Shown here one piece after another: positions 46,892 through 55,636 of a stretch of DNA of 64,000 bases (position 1 is its first letter; the number at the start of each line of letters is the position of its first letter). The notes beneath the pieces are model-generated. The model was not told where the DNA came from. It ran no database searches and saw nothing but the letters and a program-made list of their open reading frames with translations. The stretch spans positions 650,022-714,021 of the forward strand of contig CAXXDC010000002.1 of NCBI GenBank assembly GCA_963662695.2. Reading direction: 5' to 3'. Both the position numbers and the translations under genes were made by a program. The stretch is from Clostridia bacterium. Lineage in GTDB: Bacteria; Bacillota; Clostridia; SK-Y3.

Positions 46892-47317
46892 TCACACGTA
46901 CATAAATATATTAATCAAACTTATGAACAGGTACCCTGTACCTAAATAAGGCACTAACGCAAACTTACCACAATAATCCATACCATTGTATCTAAAGTAT
47001 AACATATTTGCAAATATTGCGAAACCCAGTCCTAAACTACTTCCTACTAGTCCTCCAGCTAATCCTAAATAAAACGAACAAGCCCCCACCAACTTTGTAT
47101 CCCCACCACCTATTGACCCATTTTTCATTAGTGCCACTACCAAAAATGGAAGTGGCACTAACACTAATCCTAGTATTGATGGAACAACATTTATATTTAT
47201 TAACCCTAACAAAATAATCATAACATGCACCTTATCTGGTATAATCCTTGTCTTGATATCACAATAGCTTGCATAGATAAGTACTAAAACAAACAAGATA
47301 TCTTTTATCGCCATCAT
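46892..47317 (-). CDS. A24-family prepilin peptidase (TadV/CpaA-like)
   Basis: The two catalytic Asp contexts are YCDIKTRIIPD and GGGDTKL. 141 aa and polytopic. Confidence 0.8.
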   Translation of the reverse strand: MMAIKDILFVLVLIYASYCDIKTRIIPDKVHVMIILLGLININVVPSILGLVLVPLPFLVVALMKNGSIGGGDTKLVGACSFYLGLAGGLVGSSLGLGFAIFANMLYFRYNGMDYCGKFALVPYLGTGYLFISLINIFMYV

Positions 47318-47323
47318 TCTTCA

Positions 47324-47590
47324 TCACCTCACCAAATAGGCATTGGCTCTCCTGCCACCATCTTGATCATATCTACTATGTATATAAATATCACCATTCG
47401 CTTCTAATCTCCGCAAATGCTTACTTACTGTTGTTCTATGTATACCTAATATCCTTCCAAGCTTTCTATGGGATATCTCTACCTTTCCATTTGCATCTGC
47501 CAATTCATTGAGTAGCATATACATTAACTTACCTGATACTGTTGCTTTCAGATTGCCTGATACTCTATATTTTTCTATGTTCCCTGCCAT
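47324..47590 (-). CDS. Winged-helix DNA-binding protein
   Basis: SHRKLGRILGIHRTTVSKHLRRLEANGDI is an HTH. 88 aa. Confidence 0.55.
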   Translation of the reverse strand: MAGNIEKYRVSGNLKATVSGKLMYMLLNELADANGKVEISHRKLGRILGIHRTTVSKHLRRLEANGDIYIHSRYDQDGGRRANAYLVR

Positions 47591-47912
47591 GCTCTACCGC
47601 CCTTTCTATCTTATATTTATACCTATATTTCTTCTGTCTTAATTGATACTTTAATAAAAATCCTATCTGGTCTACTACGGATATATTAGATATGTCTTTT
47701 GTCAGCATTATTACACTTCCTGATATGGTACTGAGGATGAATATTATACTTATTACTGTGTTTTTAGTTATGAAAAATAACAGGATATCAATAACTCCTG
47801 CTATAACTGTTACTACAATGATTTTTATGACTTCTTCTTTTCCAAATCCATTGAATAGTTCACTTCTTAGTTTTAATCCTTGTGGGATATAGAGTGGTTT
47901 TTCAGTTTTCAT
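47565..47912 (-). CDS. PrgI-family (VirB3-like) T4SS membrane protein
   Basis: PLYIPQGLKLRSELFNGFGKEEVIKIIVVTVIAGVIDILLFF resembles the PrgI family N-terminus plus two TM helices. It lies next to a VirB6-like gene. Confidence 0.5.
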   Translation of the reverse strand: MKTEKPLYIPQGLKLRSELFNGFGKEEVIKIIVVTVIAGVIDILLFFITKNTVISIIFILSTISGSVIMLTKDISNISVVDQIGFLLKYQLRQKKYRYKYKIERAVEHGREHRKI

Positions 47913-47921
47913 TGCATCACC

Positions 47922-48131
47922 TTACCTGTAATAAACAAATATTATATCTTTTATGGTGTAGCATGATTCGGCTAGGATATAAAATATAATGATGTTCCTT
48001 ATTTTTTTCTTATATGCCTTTTCATCTTCTTCGTTTGCTCCCATGAGTACAAAGCAATAGACTATTCTTAATACAACACCAACTCTTATGACTATGAGAA
48101 AAGCATCGGATAGCTCTTTTATTAAATTCAC
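47922..48131 (-). CDS. Small membrane protein, unknown function
   Basis: 69 aa with two hydrophobic helices, co-oriented in the T4SS block. Confidence 0.35.
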   Translation of the reverse strand: MNLIKELSDAFLIVIRVGVVLRIVYCFVLMGANEEDEKAYKKKIRNIIIFYILAESCYTIKDIIFVYYR

Positions 48132-48168
48132 TTATGCACCCCTTTCATTTTTTGTATTTTGCTTGATG

Positions 48169-49005
48169 TTACTTTTTAAATATCGCTTTACTCATTTGAT
48201 ATATCCTTGCTGTGGAGTAAACTTTATTCATCATGCCACCATTTCCACTGCCTGATATGATTAAGAATTCTTGTAGGAATTTTGGTGTTTTTATCGCTAA
48301 TATCATTGCAGCTACTCCCCAAAATGCATGGGCATTAAGCATTAGCCCAACACCCATTTTTGCTAGTACTATTTGTATAAGTACGCCTAGTGTACTTTGG
48401 AAGAATTTTTGCAGATAGCTTTTAAAGACTCCGTTGTCTCTGTCCATTAATCCTACACAAGCTAGTGGTAGTCCTATTCTAAGAATCATTATTTCTAGTC
48501 CTCGTGTTAGAAATTGTATGTATAGTAAAAAGAAACAGATAAAAAAGATGAGTGATACTATCCCTGTAAATATTCCTGCTGTTGCTATTCCTGATACTAT
48601 GGCTGAAAAGTCTGTTGCCATATCGCCTGATATTATATTGATTAATTCGTTTGACATGTCTTGTATGATGGTAGCCAGCCATCCATACATCGTAGGAAAA
48701 CTTATTGCTATTGCAAGTGCTTTTAGAAATCCTACTAACATAATGGCTGGCTCGGTATCACTGTCTCCATCTTGCCATAGGATGTATCTATCAAATCCTT
48801 TTTTAAGAAATTTTAATATGATAAGAGAGATACCAAAGCCAAAGAATATGTCAAAGATACTTTCTATGGCATTTATACCTAGTAAGGTATCCATATATTT
48901 TTCTGAGTAGAGTACCATTGGTACAAGCCCTTCTAAAAGAGTGTCTACGTATACTAGACACCCTGATAGTATGGCTGTGATAAGGAGCATGATTACAATC
49001 TCCAC
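48169..49005 (-). CDS. VirB6/TrbL-like polytopic T4SS membrane protein
   Basis: 278 aa with about 6 TM helices, between the VirB2-like/pilin-like and VirB3-like genes. Confidence 0.55.
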   Translation of the reverse strand: MEIVIMLLITAILSGCLVYVDTLLEGLVPMVLYSEKYMDTLLGINAIESIFDIFFGFGISLIILKFLKKGFDRYILWQDGDSDTEPAIMLVGFLKALAIAISFPTMYGWLATIIQDMSNELINIISGDMATDFSAIVSGIATAGIFTGIVSLIFFICFFLLYIQFLTRGLEIMILRIGLPLACVGLMDRDNGVFKSYLQKFFQSTLGVLIQIVLAKMGVGLMLNAHAFWGVAAMILAIKTPKFLQEFLIISGSGNGGMMNKVYSTARIYQMSKAIFKK

Positions 49006-49033
49006 GTTACCACCTCCTTAATTTTCTCATGCT

Positions 49034-49252
49034 TTAGCCATTGTAATTAAACATATCAATAATTCGATCTTCTAATTCTGGAAGTACCACGTCGCCGATT
49101 AAGGCATAGAGTCCTGCTAAAATCAACGCTCCAAGTACTACACTGATTAAAATAGTAATGGCTGTATTTAATGCCCCTTCTCCTCTTTTATCTGTCATTA
49201 CTCCTATAAATCTAGTTCTTACGTTAATGGCTATTTTGTTTAATCTCTTCAT
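49034..49252 (-). CDS. Flp-type prepilin-like small protein
   Basis: MTDKRGEG-ALNTAITILISVVLGALILAGLYALIG: a charged leader ending in GEG, followed by a hydrophobic helix. It shares the DKRGEG motif with the DUF4320 protein. Confidence 0.5.
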   Translation of the reverse strand: MKRLNKIAINVRTRFIGVMTDKRGEGALNTAITILISVVLGALILAGLYALIGDVVLPELEDRIIDMFNYNG

Positions 49253-49320
49253 GCTCTTTCGCTCCTTCGCTTTTTATAGTTTTTTCTTATTTATTTTTAA
49301 GGGATTTCCCTTAAATTCGT

Positions 49321-49683
49321 TTATGAGTAGTACCCAATAATCAGATTAATGATGGCACTGCCTAGTACTGCGCCTATAACGGATACAATGGCTGTTGTGA
49401 TACGATTGTTCCAACGTTTTTGGTCTTGTTCGTCTGCTCCGCTTCTTCTTATAAAGAAGTAGATGATTAAGAGTCCTCCTACAATTGGTGCAAGTACCAT
49501 GAGCCATGTTGTTACGTCGTTTAATAATGCTTCTGTTCCTGTTACTAATTTGCTGTTTTGTACACCTCCTGTTGTAGGAGCTGCTATTACAATCATTCCA
49601 TTAAAATACAGTACCTGTAATGCTACAAGTACTGTTAAGACTTTTGATTTTATTTTCTTTGCTGTACTACTAATGTTCATCAC
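49321..49683 (-). CDS. VirB2/TrbC-like T4SS membrane protein
   Basis: Signal peptide plus two TM helices separated by a charged loop (RRSGADEQDQKRWNNR). 120 aa, directly downstream of the T4CP gene. Confidence 0.4.
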   Translation of the reverse strand: MMNISSTAKKIKSKVLTVLVALQVLYFNGMIVIAAPTTGGVQNSKLVTGTEALLNDVTTWLMVLAPIVGGLLIIYFFIRRSGADEQDQKRWNNRITTAIVSVIGAVLGSAIINLIIGYYS

Positions 49684-49695
49684 ACCCTTTCATTT

Positions 49696-51693
49696 CTAAA
49701 TTCTTTCTTCATATTTATATGGTTTATTATCTTTGGGAAACATTGCTTCGATATTCTCTGTTGCTTTATTGTCTTTATGAAATTCCCATATGTTCCATGT
49801 GTCTATTTCGTTAATACTTGCTCTTTCATTTCTTTTAGATTGTCTATATTCCCTTATTTTTCTATTATGTTCTTTGCTTCCTAATCCAAAGAGTTTATTA
49901 AATTGCCATTTACTTAAATCAGGTGATTTCATGATGGCTGGGTGGGTTCGTGATGTTATAAGGATATATGGTCTACTGATTAGCTTGATTTCATCTACTG
50001 TTAGTAATGCTCTATGGGTTAGGTTAGTTGAGTGTGAGGTGGATGGGGTGGTATATTTGCCATGGGAACTGCTTAGAGAATAGGTTGATACGGTGTAGTT
50101 GCCTAGTTTTTTTGATATTTCTTCTAAGGTATTTATGTCATCTGCTTGTAGGTATATCCATGTTTCGCAGTTGCCTTTAATGGTTTGTGCTACTTCTTTT
50201 TTATAGATTTCATCGAGTTGTGCAAAACTTTGTATAAAGAGGTTAAATCGAATCCCTCGTCCACCACCAACAGTGAGCTTGTTTGCAAAGTCTGGTATCT
50301 GTGTGAAGTTTCCAAATTCGTCAAGCACCATGTTTACTCTATTTTCTAGTCTACCACCTCTATCGTCTGCTACCTTTACAAGTGCCATATAGGATTGGTT
50401 TACGAATAGGCTTGCAAGGGAATAGTAAGTTCTTTTTTCGTCTGGTAATATGATAAACAATGCAGTTTTTTTACTGCTAATGTCTTTTGGATTAAAGTCA
50501 CTTGCCGATGTCATGGAATAGATGAGTGGATTGGTAAATAGCCTTAAGTTGGTTAATGCTGAGGTGAAGAACGAGCCTCTCGTCTTGCTTGGAGCTACTT
50601 CTGATATGGATAATAGCCCTCTTGCTGGATGGTTATTTGAAATTGTTTCTAGGTAACTGGTTAATGGCATTTTTCCGTTTACTGTTTTACACATCTCGCT
50701 GATAAAATAGTATACGTTGCTCATGTTCTGAAATCTTCTGTCATTGCCATTGCGATTGTCATAAACTACGGACATTATTGCCGATGCTATAATACTCGCT
50801 TCGCCATTTGACCATATCTTTTCGTTGTGACTATCTTCTGGTACTAGGGAAGCTGTTAAGTCCCATGTTGCTTCTATGGCTCTTGGTAAATCTTTTTCAT
50901 CTATTGCATCTATGATTGGTTGCAAGAAGTTATAGCGGTCTGATTTTAGAGGATTTTTAAAATCAAGTGCGACTACTTCATAACCAAGATGTCTAAGGTA
51001 AGATCCAGTATAATTAAATAACTCACTTTTTGGATCGGATATGATCATGCTTTCTCCTGCTAGTGCTAGTATTCCTATCGTTTCAAGTACGATACTTCTT
51101 GTTTTTCCACTTCTTGTTGCTCCAATGCAAAGGGTATGGGTATCATCGTCTACATAATAGATTTGTTCCTTGCCCTTTTCTTTTTTCATTCCAAGTACGA
51201 TACCACCACTTTCTATCGTTTTATTTTCTTTGGATTGCGTAGTACTCTCTTGTTTGCTATAGATTTGTTCAGTTTGTTTTTTGAGTAGCTTTTCGTATTC
51301 TGAAAATCTTGGTTCTTCTTCATTTTTGTCATTGTCATCATCAATCTTCTTCTCTCCTTTTGTTTTCATGTCATTGATTTCTTGTGTAGACTGCTTTTCT
51401 AGTTGTTTTATCAGCTTTGCTTGGCTGTCTAGTACAAAGGATTTGAAGTGTTGTCCTTTTTCTTTTTCCGTTAGCCATCTTGCTGATCCAAATTGTTTTT
51501 GTCCTGCTGAGACTGGTGTTGATATCATAGGGGTTATTTCTACTAGCTCTGATTGATATGGTTTATGATTCGCTACATAATAAAAAACAGCCCCTAATAA
51601 GGCTATTCCTTCAAAGCTTAGAAATAATAAGAAATGTTCTTTGTTTTTGATTAGACTAGTTATAATATCTTTTAATCCTATCCATTCTGGCAC
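49696..51693 (-). CDS. VirD4/TraG-family type IV coupling protein
   Basis: Walker A GATRSGKTRS, Walker B (VNMVLDEFGN) and a TraG/VirD4 C-domain. The track starts at the GTG at 51693. The reading frame is open upstream to a possible CTG at 51804, adding a TM helix (AIISTTIFLAGTIFNLIFTT). Confidence 0.88.
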   Translation of the reverse strand: MPEWIGLKDIITSLIKNKEHFLLFLSFEGIALLGAVFYYVANHKPYQSELVEITPMISTPVSAGQKQFGSARWLTEKEKGQHFKSFVLDSQAKLIKQLEKQSTQEINDMKTKGEKKIDDDNDKNEEEPRFSEYEKLLKKQTEQIYSKQESTTQSKENKTIESGGIVLGMKKEKGKEQIYYVDDDTHTLCIGATRSGKTRSIVLETIGILALAGESMIISDPKSELFNYTGSYLRHLGYEVVALDFKNPLKSDRYNFLQPIIDAIDEKDLPRAIEATWDLTASLVPEDSHNEKIWSNGEASIIASAIMSVVYDNRNGNDRRFQNMSNVYYFISEMCKTVNGKMPLTSYLETISNNHPARGLLSISEVAPSKTRGSFFTSALTNLRLFTNPLIYSMTSASDFNPKDISSKKTALFIILPDEKRTYYSLASLFVNQSYMALVKVADDRGGRLENRVNMVLDEFGNFTQIPDFANKLTVGGGRGIRFNLFIQSFAQLDEIYKKEVAQTIKGNCETWIYLQADDINTLEEISKKLGNYTVSTYSLSSSHGKYTTPSTSHSTNLTHRALLTVDEIKLISRPYILITSRTHPAIMKSPDLSKWQFNKLFGLGSKEHNRKIREYRQSKRNERASINEIDTWNIWEFHKDNKATENIEAMFPKDNKPYKYEERI

Positions 51694-51796
51694 TCTTATT
51701 TTTCTACTCAGCAGATAGTGCAGGTTGGTTGTGAATATTAGATTAAAGATTGTTCCTGCTAAAAATATTGTAGTACTGATAATGGCTTTTATTCGT

Positions 51797-51949
51797 TTAT
51801 CCAGCTTTTACCCTTCCCTTCTTAATGCAGTTTTTAATCATACAATAATACCTTATATGTTCTTTTCCATCAGCATCTTTTGTCTTTTGCTTATGGAGTA
51901 AATACAAGCACCCGTTGCACTTGAATCCATGCTTAAATGTCATTCCCAT
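51797..51949 (-). CDS. 50-aa Cys-rich (zinc-ribbon-like) small protein
   Basis: Below the track's size cut-off. GGAGTGG RBS, then MGMTFKHGFKCNGCLYLLHKQKTKDADGKEHIRYYCMIKNCIKKGRVKAG (CxxC...CxxxxC). It lies between the relaxase and T4CP genes. Confidence 0.45.
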   Translation of the reverse strand: MGMTFKHGFKCNGCLYLLHKQKTKDADGKEHIRYYCMIKNCIKKGRVKAG

Positions 51950-51961
51950 CTTATCCACTCC

Positions 51962-52930
51962 TTACATTTCACAACCTTTTTCTTTTTCCCAGTTAAAACC
52001 TGTGCCTTTTTTGATTTCTGCTATTTCATCTTGTTTTGATGCTCCTTCTATTTGTGTAAAGGGAAAGGCATGACTTTTTACGTCATGCCCTCTGTCTGCT
52101 TCATTTTGTTCTATTAATTTTATTGCTGATAATACCATATCAAATTTTGCTCTTGCTACTTTTTCACCCATCTGTTGTTTATTTAGTTCAAATCTTTTAA
52201 GAAGTGCTACCTTTGTAAAATGTTCTGGTGGATATAGCTTTCTATTCCTGCATTTCTTACCTTCAGGATTAATAAAGGTTATGTATTTGCGTTCATCTGT
52301 CCAGTTAACTGTATATCCTACTTTATTTAGGTTATCAATAAAATCATATTTTGATATTGAACACCTTTTTGCACATTTTACAGCTAGGTAAAGTTCATAT
52401 TTCCAACTCCTCTCTTTTTCCTTTGAGCGATATTCCCCTCGATTGATATGTGAACCTTTTTTACCATGTGTAATGATGAGACCATATTTTCTACAGATTT
52501 CATCTGAATAGTCTTTTAGTTCTTGAAGCTCTTCTTTGCTCATTTTCCACTTCATGCCCGTGTATGAGTTGACCGTATTAAGTACAAAGTGGGTATGTAA
52601 ATTATCCGTATCTATATGGGTTGCGTAGATGACTTGAAATCCTTTGAATTTATCCATTAGCAGTAATTCGTCTGCAATTGCTTTAACTGTTTCTGCTGAT
52701 ACATGTTCATTATTTGAAAAAGACTGGACGAAGTGTATATATTGTCGTCCAGTCTCTTTGTTGTAATTTCTTTTGGTCATGATGAAATCGTTATAGGCGT
52801 TGTCAGCGTCACAGTTAAAGCCACCGTATAAACCTAGCTCTGTTTTATCCTCTCGAAGGATATAGTCTATAACTCGCCTTAATCCTGTATACGTCTTGTT
52901 TTTTTCGTTGATTTGTTCAATGATAGCCAT
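51962..52930 (-). CDS. Relaxase/mobilisation nuclease (MobA/VirD2-type relaxase domain)
   Basis: HFVQSFS and the histidine triad THIDTDNLHTHFVLN. 322 aa. It overlaps the preceding MobC gene. Confidence 0.88.
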   Translation of the reverse strand: MAIIEQINEKNKTYTGLRRVIDYILREDKTELGLYGGFNCDADNAYNDFIMTKRNYNKETGRQYIHFVQSFSNNEHVSAETVKAIADELLLMDKFKGFQVIYATHIDTDNLHTHFVLNTVNSYTGMKWKMSKEELQELKDYSDEICRKYGLIITHGKKGSHINRGEYRSKEKERSWKYELYLAVKCAKRCSISKYDFIDNLNKVGYTVNWTDERKYITFINPEGKKCRNRKLYPPEHFTKVALLKRFELNKQQMGEKVARAKFDMVLSAIKLIEQNEADRGHDVKSHAFPFTQIEGASKQDEIAEIKKGTGFNWEKEKGCEM

Positions 52931-53226
52931 ATCTCATGTATCTCCTTTTTAAAGCCTGATAAATCAATAACTTTTAGTTTTCCTTGATGTGCCAAAATAG
53001 TAAGTTGGTTAATGTTATTTCCAATCTTGGATAGATGATGTATGATGTCTTTTAATCCAATAAATATAAATACGGTATCATTTGTTGCTGATAATATAAG
53101 ATATTGACTTATACTCATGTTTGCCTTTTTGGCTCTTGATTCAATTTTTTTATATTCTGTTTCTGTTAATCTAGCATTAACTCTTTTTGACCTTGTACTT
53201 ATGTCTTCCAGCTCCTTTCTTGGCAT
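52879..53226 (-). CDS. MobC-family relaxosome accessory protein
   Basis: RVNARLTETEYKKIESRAKKANMSISQYL (RHH-like) and IGNNINQLTILAHQG motifs are typical of MobC. Confidence 0.8.
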   Translation of the reverse strand: MPRKELEDISTRSKRVNARLTETEYKKIESRAKKANMSISQYLILSATNDTVFIFIGLKDIIHHLSKIGNNINQLTILAHQGKLKVIDLSGFKKEIHEIWLSLNKSTKKTRRIQD

Positions 53227-53289
53227 GTAAAAAAGCCAATAGAAATTAATCCATTGACTTATTTTTTAGAATCATTTATTAGATTGGGT

Positions 53290-53404
53290 TTGGGCAACGC
53301 CCAATATTTAGGGGATTGGGGGTTCTCCCCAACAAGCAATTTGTCATACAAATTGGAAGCTTGCCCGCAGGAAGGCAGAGCCTTCCTAGGACTGCGGTTT
53401 TTTT
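53290..53404. promoter_or_regulatory. Candidate oriT: four consecutive hairpins upstream of mobC
   Basis: TTGGGC-AAC-GCCCAA (53290-53304), TTGGGG-GTTCT-CCCCAA (53316-53332), CAATTTG-TCATA-CAAATTG (53337-53355) and the nested CCGCAG/GGAAGG...CCTTCC/CTGCGG hairpin plus T7 (53365-53404). Confidence 0.45.
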
Positions 53405-53424
53405 GGGTATTGAATATAAATGTT

Positions 53425-55470
53425 CTACGAAATAATTGTACTGAGTTGTTTTTCTAAATCACTAGTAAGTATTATCTTTCCACAACTACTCATAGATTTA
53501 ATGAAAACTTCATGCTCATCTTCTAAAGGGTATATTGGTATTTTAATAGGAATCCATTGTAAATCTTTTTCTCCTGCAGCTATATCAATAGGTATGTGGC
53601 AATATCTGTGTGTTATAACTATCTCTTTTTCTTTTAAAACTAATTCAATCCATTCTTTAACATAGTCGGTTATTCCATATATCGATTCTCTACAAGCAGG
53701 TGTTTCAAAGAATTTCGACTTACTTCTATCTAAATTGAAACTAATACCTTCTGAATTCCCAGCTACATCTATATTAATATTATTAACCCAAAAGTTAATA
53801 TCCTCACTTCTATATTTTTTAAATTGAGTTAATTGATTAATTATAAGATGAGGCTTTTCATTTTCATCTGGCATAGTGAAAAAATCAGGTTGTAAAGAAA
53901 GAATTCCACCTGTCATTAAAAATTCTGCATCTTTCTTCATTGCTAATCTATATTTCACATCTGTCAACTCAGCATGAAAAACAATCAACTTTTCTACTTC
54001 TAATAGGAAGTCCGTTATTTTAAACGAATCAATTAATACTCCTTTATCATATATGCTAATTGTATTTGTAGTTTTATCTATTACTCTTCCGGGATGTGCA
54101 ATCGCATTTCTAATTTTTACATTATAGGCGTCGTTTATCATATCATGCAAATCTGTTTTTTTAGTATATCTCAAAGTCTTGCTAACTAAATTAGCTCCAT
54201 ATAGATCCGGTGTTATACACTCATCAATTATTGGTGCATTTTTTACTACTTTAGCTAAATTCGAAACAAACCAGTGATCTCCTATTAGATCAAAAGTATC
54301 TTTATACAAATTTATAATTGCATTAAAATCAGAATCATCAATTTCACTAACATCAAAAAAATCATCTGATTCTACAGAAGTAACTGGATTAGGATAATAA
54401 AAATCTTGAACCTGGGATTTTTTCTTGTTGAATATATTGTCATAAACAATTCCAATATCAGTTGTAGTTTGTAAGCTTTGTATTGTAGAAAAATTTTCAT
54501 CATATTCCAAAAACTCTTTAAATCGCACTTGATTACTCTCAGCAACAGAGATCACCTTTTCAAGATTTTCCATAATACTATAGTTTGCTTTTTGAAACCT
54601 CTCTTTATAAATACTACTTAAATATTCATAGAAAACACCTATTTCCAATTGATGATCTAGCTTAGAGCACTTTAATAGTTTTTCAATCATAGAATCAGGT
54701 GGAGTTTTTCCTTTATGCATATATTCATTAAAAAAGACTTTAAATTCAGTAAAAAGATCTATTAAAAGCGTATTCGAAAACGGGACATCTATAAGATTAT
54801 TATATTTAGATTTAGAACAAATTCTACAGTGCTTATCACTACAAAGTCTATTCGCAATTTCAAAAACATGATAGATTTCAATTTTCCCACACATTTCACA
54901 TTCAATAATTGCAAAATGCTTCTCACCATCACAAGCAAATTGTAAACTTACTTCTTGAGTTAAGTAACTAAATATATTTGTGTGTATATAAGGTTTAAGA
55001 CCCTCAGCAATTCTTCCCCTCAATCCTTCATTGATTTGCAAATATGACTTATTGTCTCCCTTAAATAAGATATGTCCTCTTGTCCAATTATTACTCTTGC
55101 TCTTACTAATATTTATTACACGGATTACTTTCACTAAACCTTCTTTTGTAATCGGATTAAGAATTTCTACAATTTCACCGCTAATTGTTACATCACGTAG
55201 AAATGGAGTTTGAAATATAATTACAGACTCCCTCTTATCTTCTAATTTTTTGAGGAAAATATTCAACCTCTCTTGACCAATAAATTGAGCAACCTGACTT
55301 TGCTCTATTTCAACTAATATTTCTTCGCTCTCACTATTATTTGGCAATACGAAATACATCGGGCTACTATAATATAATATCGATATATTAGTGTTCTGCA
55401 ACTCTATTTTCTGACCAACATTAGAGTGTTTTAAAACATACATTAAAAAATCATTTTCATCAAGGCTCAT
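53425..55470 (-). CDS. Large uncharacterised protein with a Cys4 zinc-ribbon and an RNxxxH (HEPN/Abi_C-like) motif
   Basis: CEMCGK...CSDKHCRICSK (residues about 198-225 of the track ORF) and KIRNAIAHPG (R461-H466; nt 54094-54111). The likely start is the ATG at 55470 after GGAAGGAG. The track ORF starts at 55491. Confidence 0.45.
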   Translation of the reverse strand: MSLDENDFLMYVLKHSNVGQKIELQNTNISILYYSSPMYFVLPNNSESEEILVEIEQSQVAQFIGQERLNIFLKKLEDKRESVIIFQTPFLRDVTISGEIVEILNPITKEGLVKVIRVINISKSKSNNWTRGHILFKGDNKSYLQINEGLRGRIAEGLKPYIHTNIFSYLTQEVSLQFACDGEKHFAIIECEMCGKIEIYHVFEIANRLCSDKHCRICSKSKYNNLIDVPFSNTLLIDLFTEFKVFFNEYMHKGKTPPDSMIEKLLKCSKLDHQLEIGVFYEYLSSIYKERFQKANYSIMENLEKVISVAESNQVRFKEFLEYDENFSTIQSLQTTTDIGIVYDNIFNKKKSQVQDFYYPNPVTSVESDDFFDVSEIDDSDFNAIINLYKDTFDLIGDHWFVSNLAKVVKNAPIIDECITPDLYGANLVSKTLRYTKKTDLHDMINDAYNVKIRNAIAHPGRVIDKTTNTISIYDKGVLIDSFKITDFLLEVEKLIVFHAELTDVKYRLAMKKDAEFLMTGGILSLQPDFFTMPDENEKPHLIINQLTQFKKYRSEDINFWVNNINIDVAGNSEGISFNLDRSKSKFFETPACRESIYGITDYVKEWIELVLKEKEIVITHRYCHIPIDIAAGEKDLQWIPIKIPIYPLEDEHEVFIKSMSSCGKIILTSDLEKQLSTIIS

Positions 55471-55606
55471 ATTTACAACTCCTTCCCCCATTTAGTTCAA
55501 TATCTTCAGATTACCCGAAAACATCTTTACCTTTAGTAAAATTTCACTTATTTCTTATAACACTATATACCACTTTATTCATAATTCAATATCTTGCAAT
55601 TTTCAA

Positions 55607-55617
55607 ATTATACCACA
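55607..55617 (-). promoter_or_regulatory. Extended -10 promoter element TGTGGTATAAT
   Basis: Minus-strand ACATGTGGTATAATTT in the 145-nt gap upstream of the gene at 55470. The same ATGTGGTATAAT string occurs at 59627-59637. Confidence 0.5.
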
Positions 55618-55636
55618 TGTAATTGGAACAACTTCA

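Noticed and set aside
53365-53404. Hairpin plus T7 as the terminator of the minus-strand gene ending at 53425
   Set aside because: The T-run follows the hairpin only on the + strand. On the minus strand the hairpin is preceded by an A-run and followed by GC-rich, non-U sequence, so it does not fit an intrinsic terminator for that gene. It is listed as part of the oriT candidate instead.
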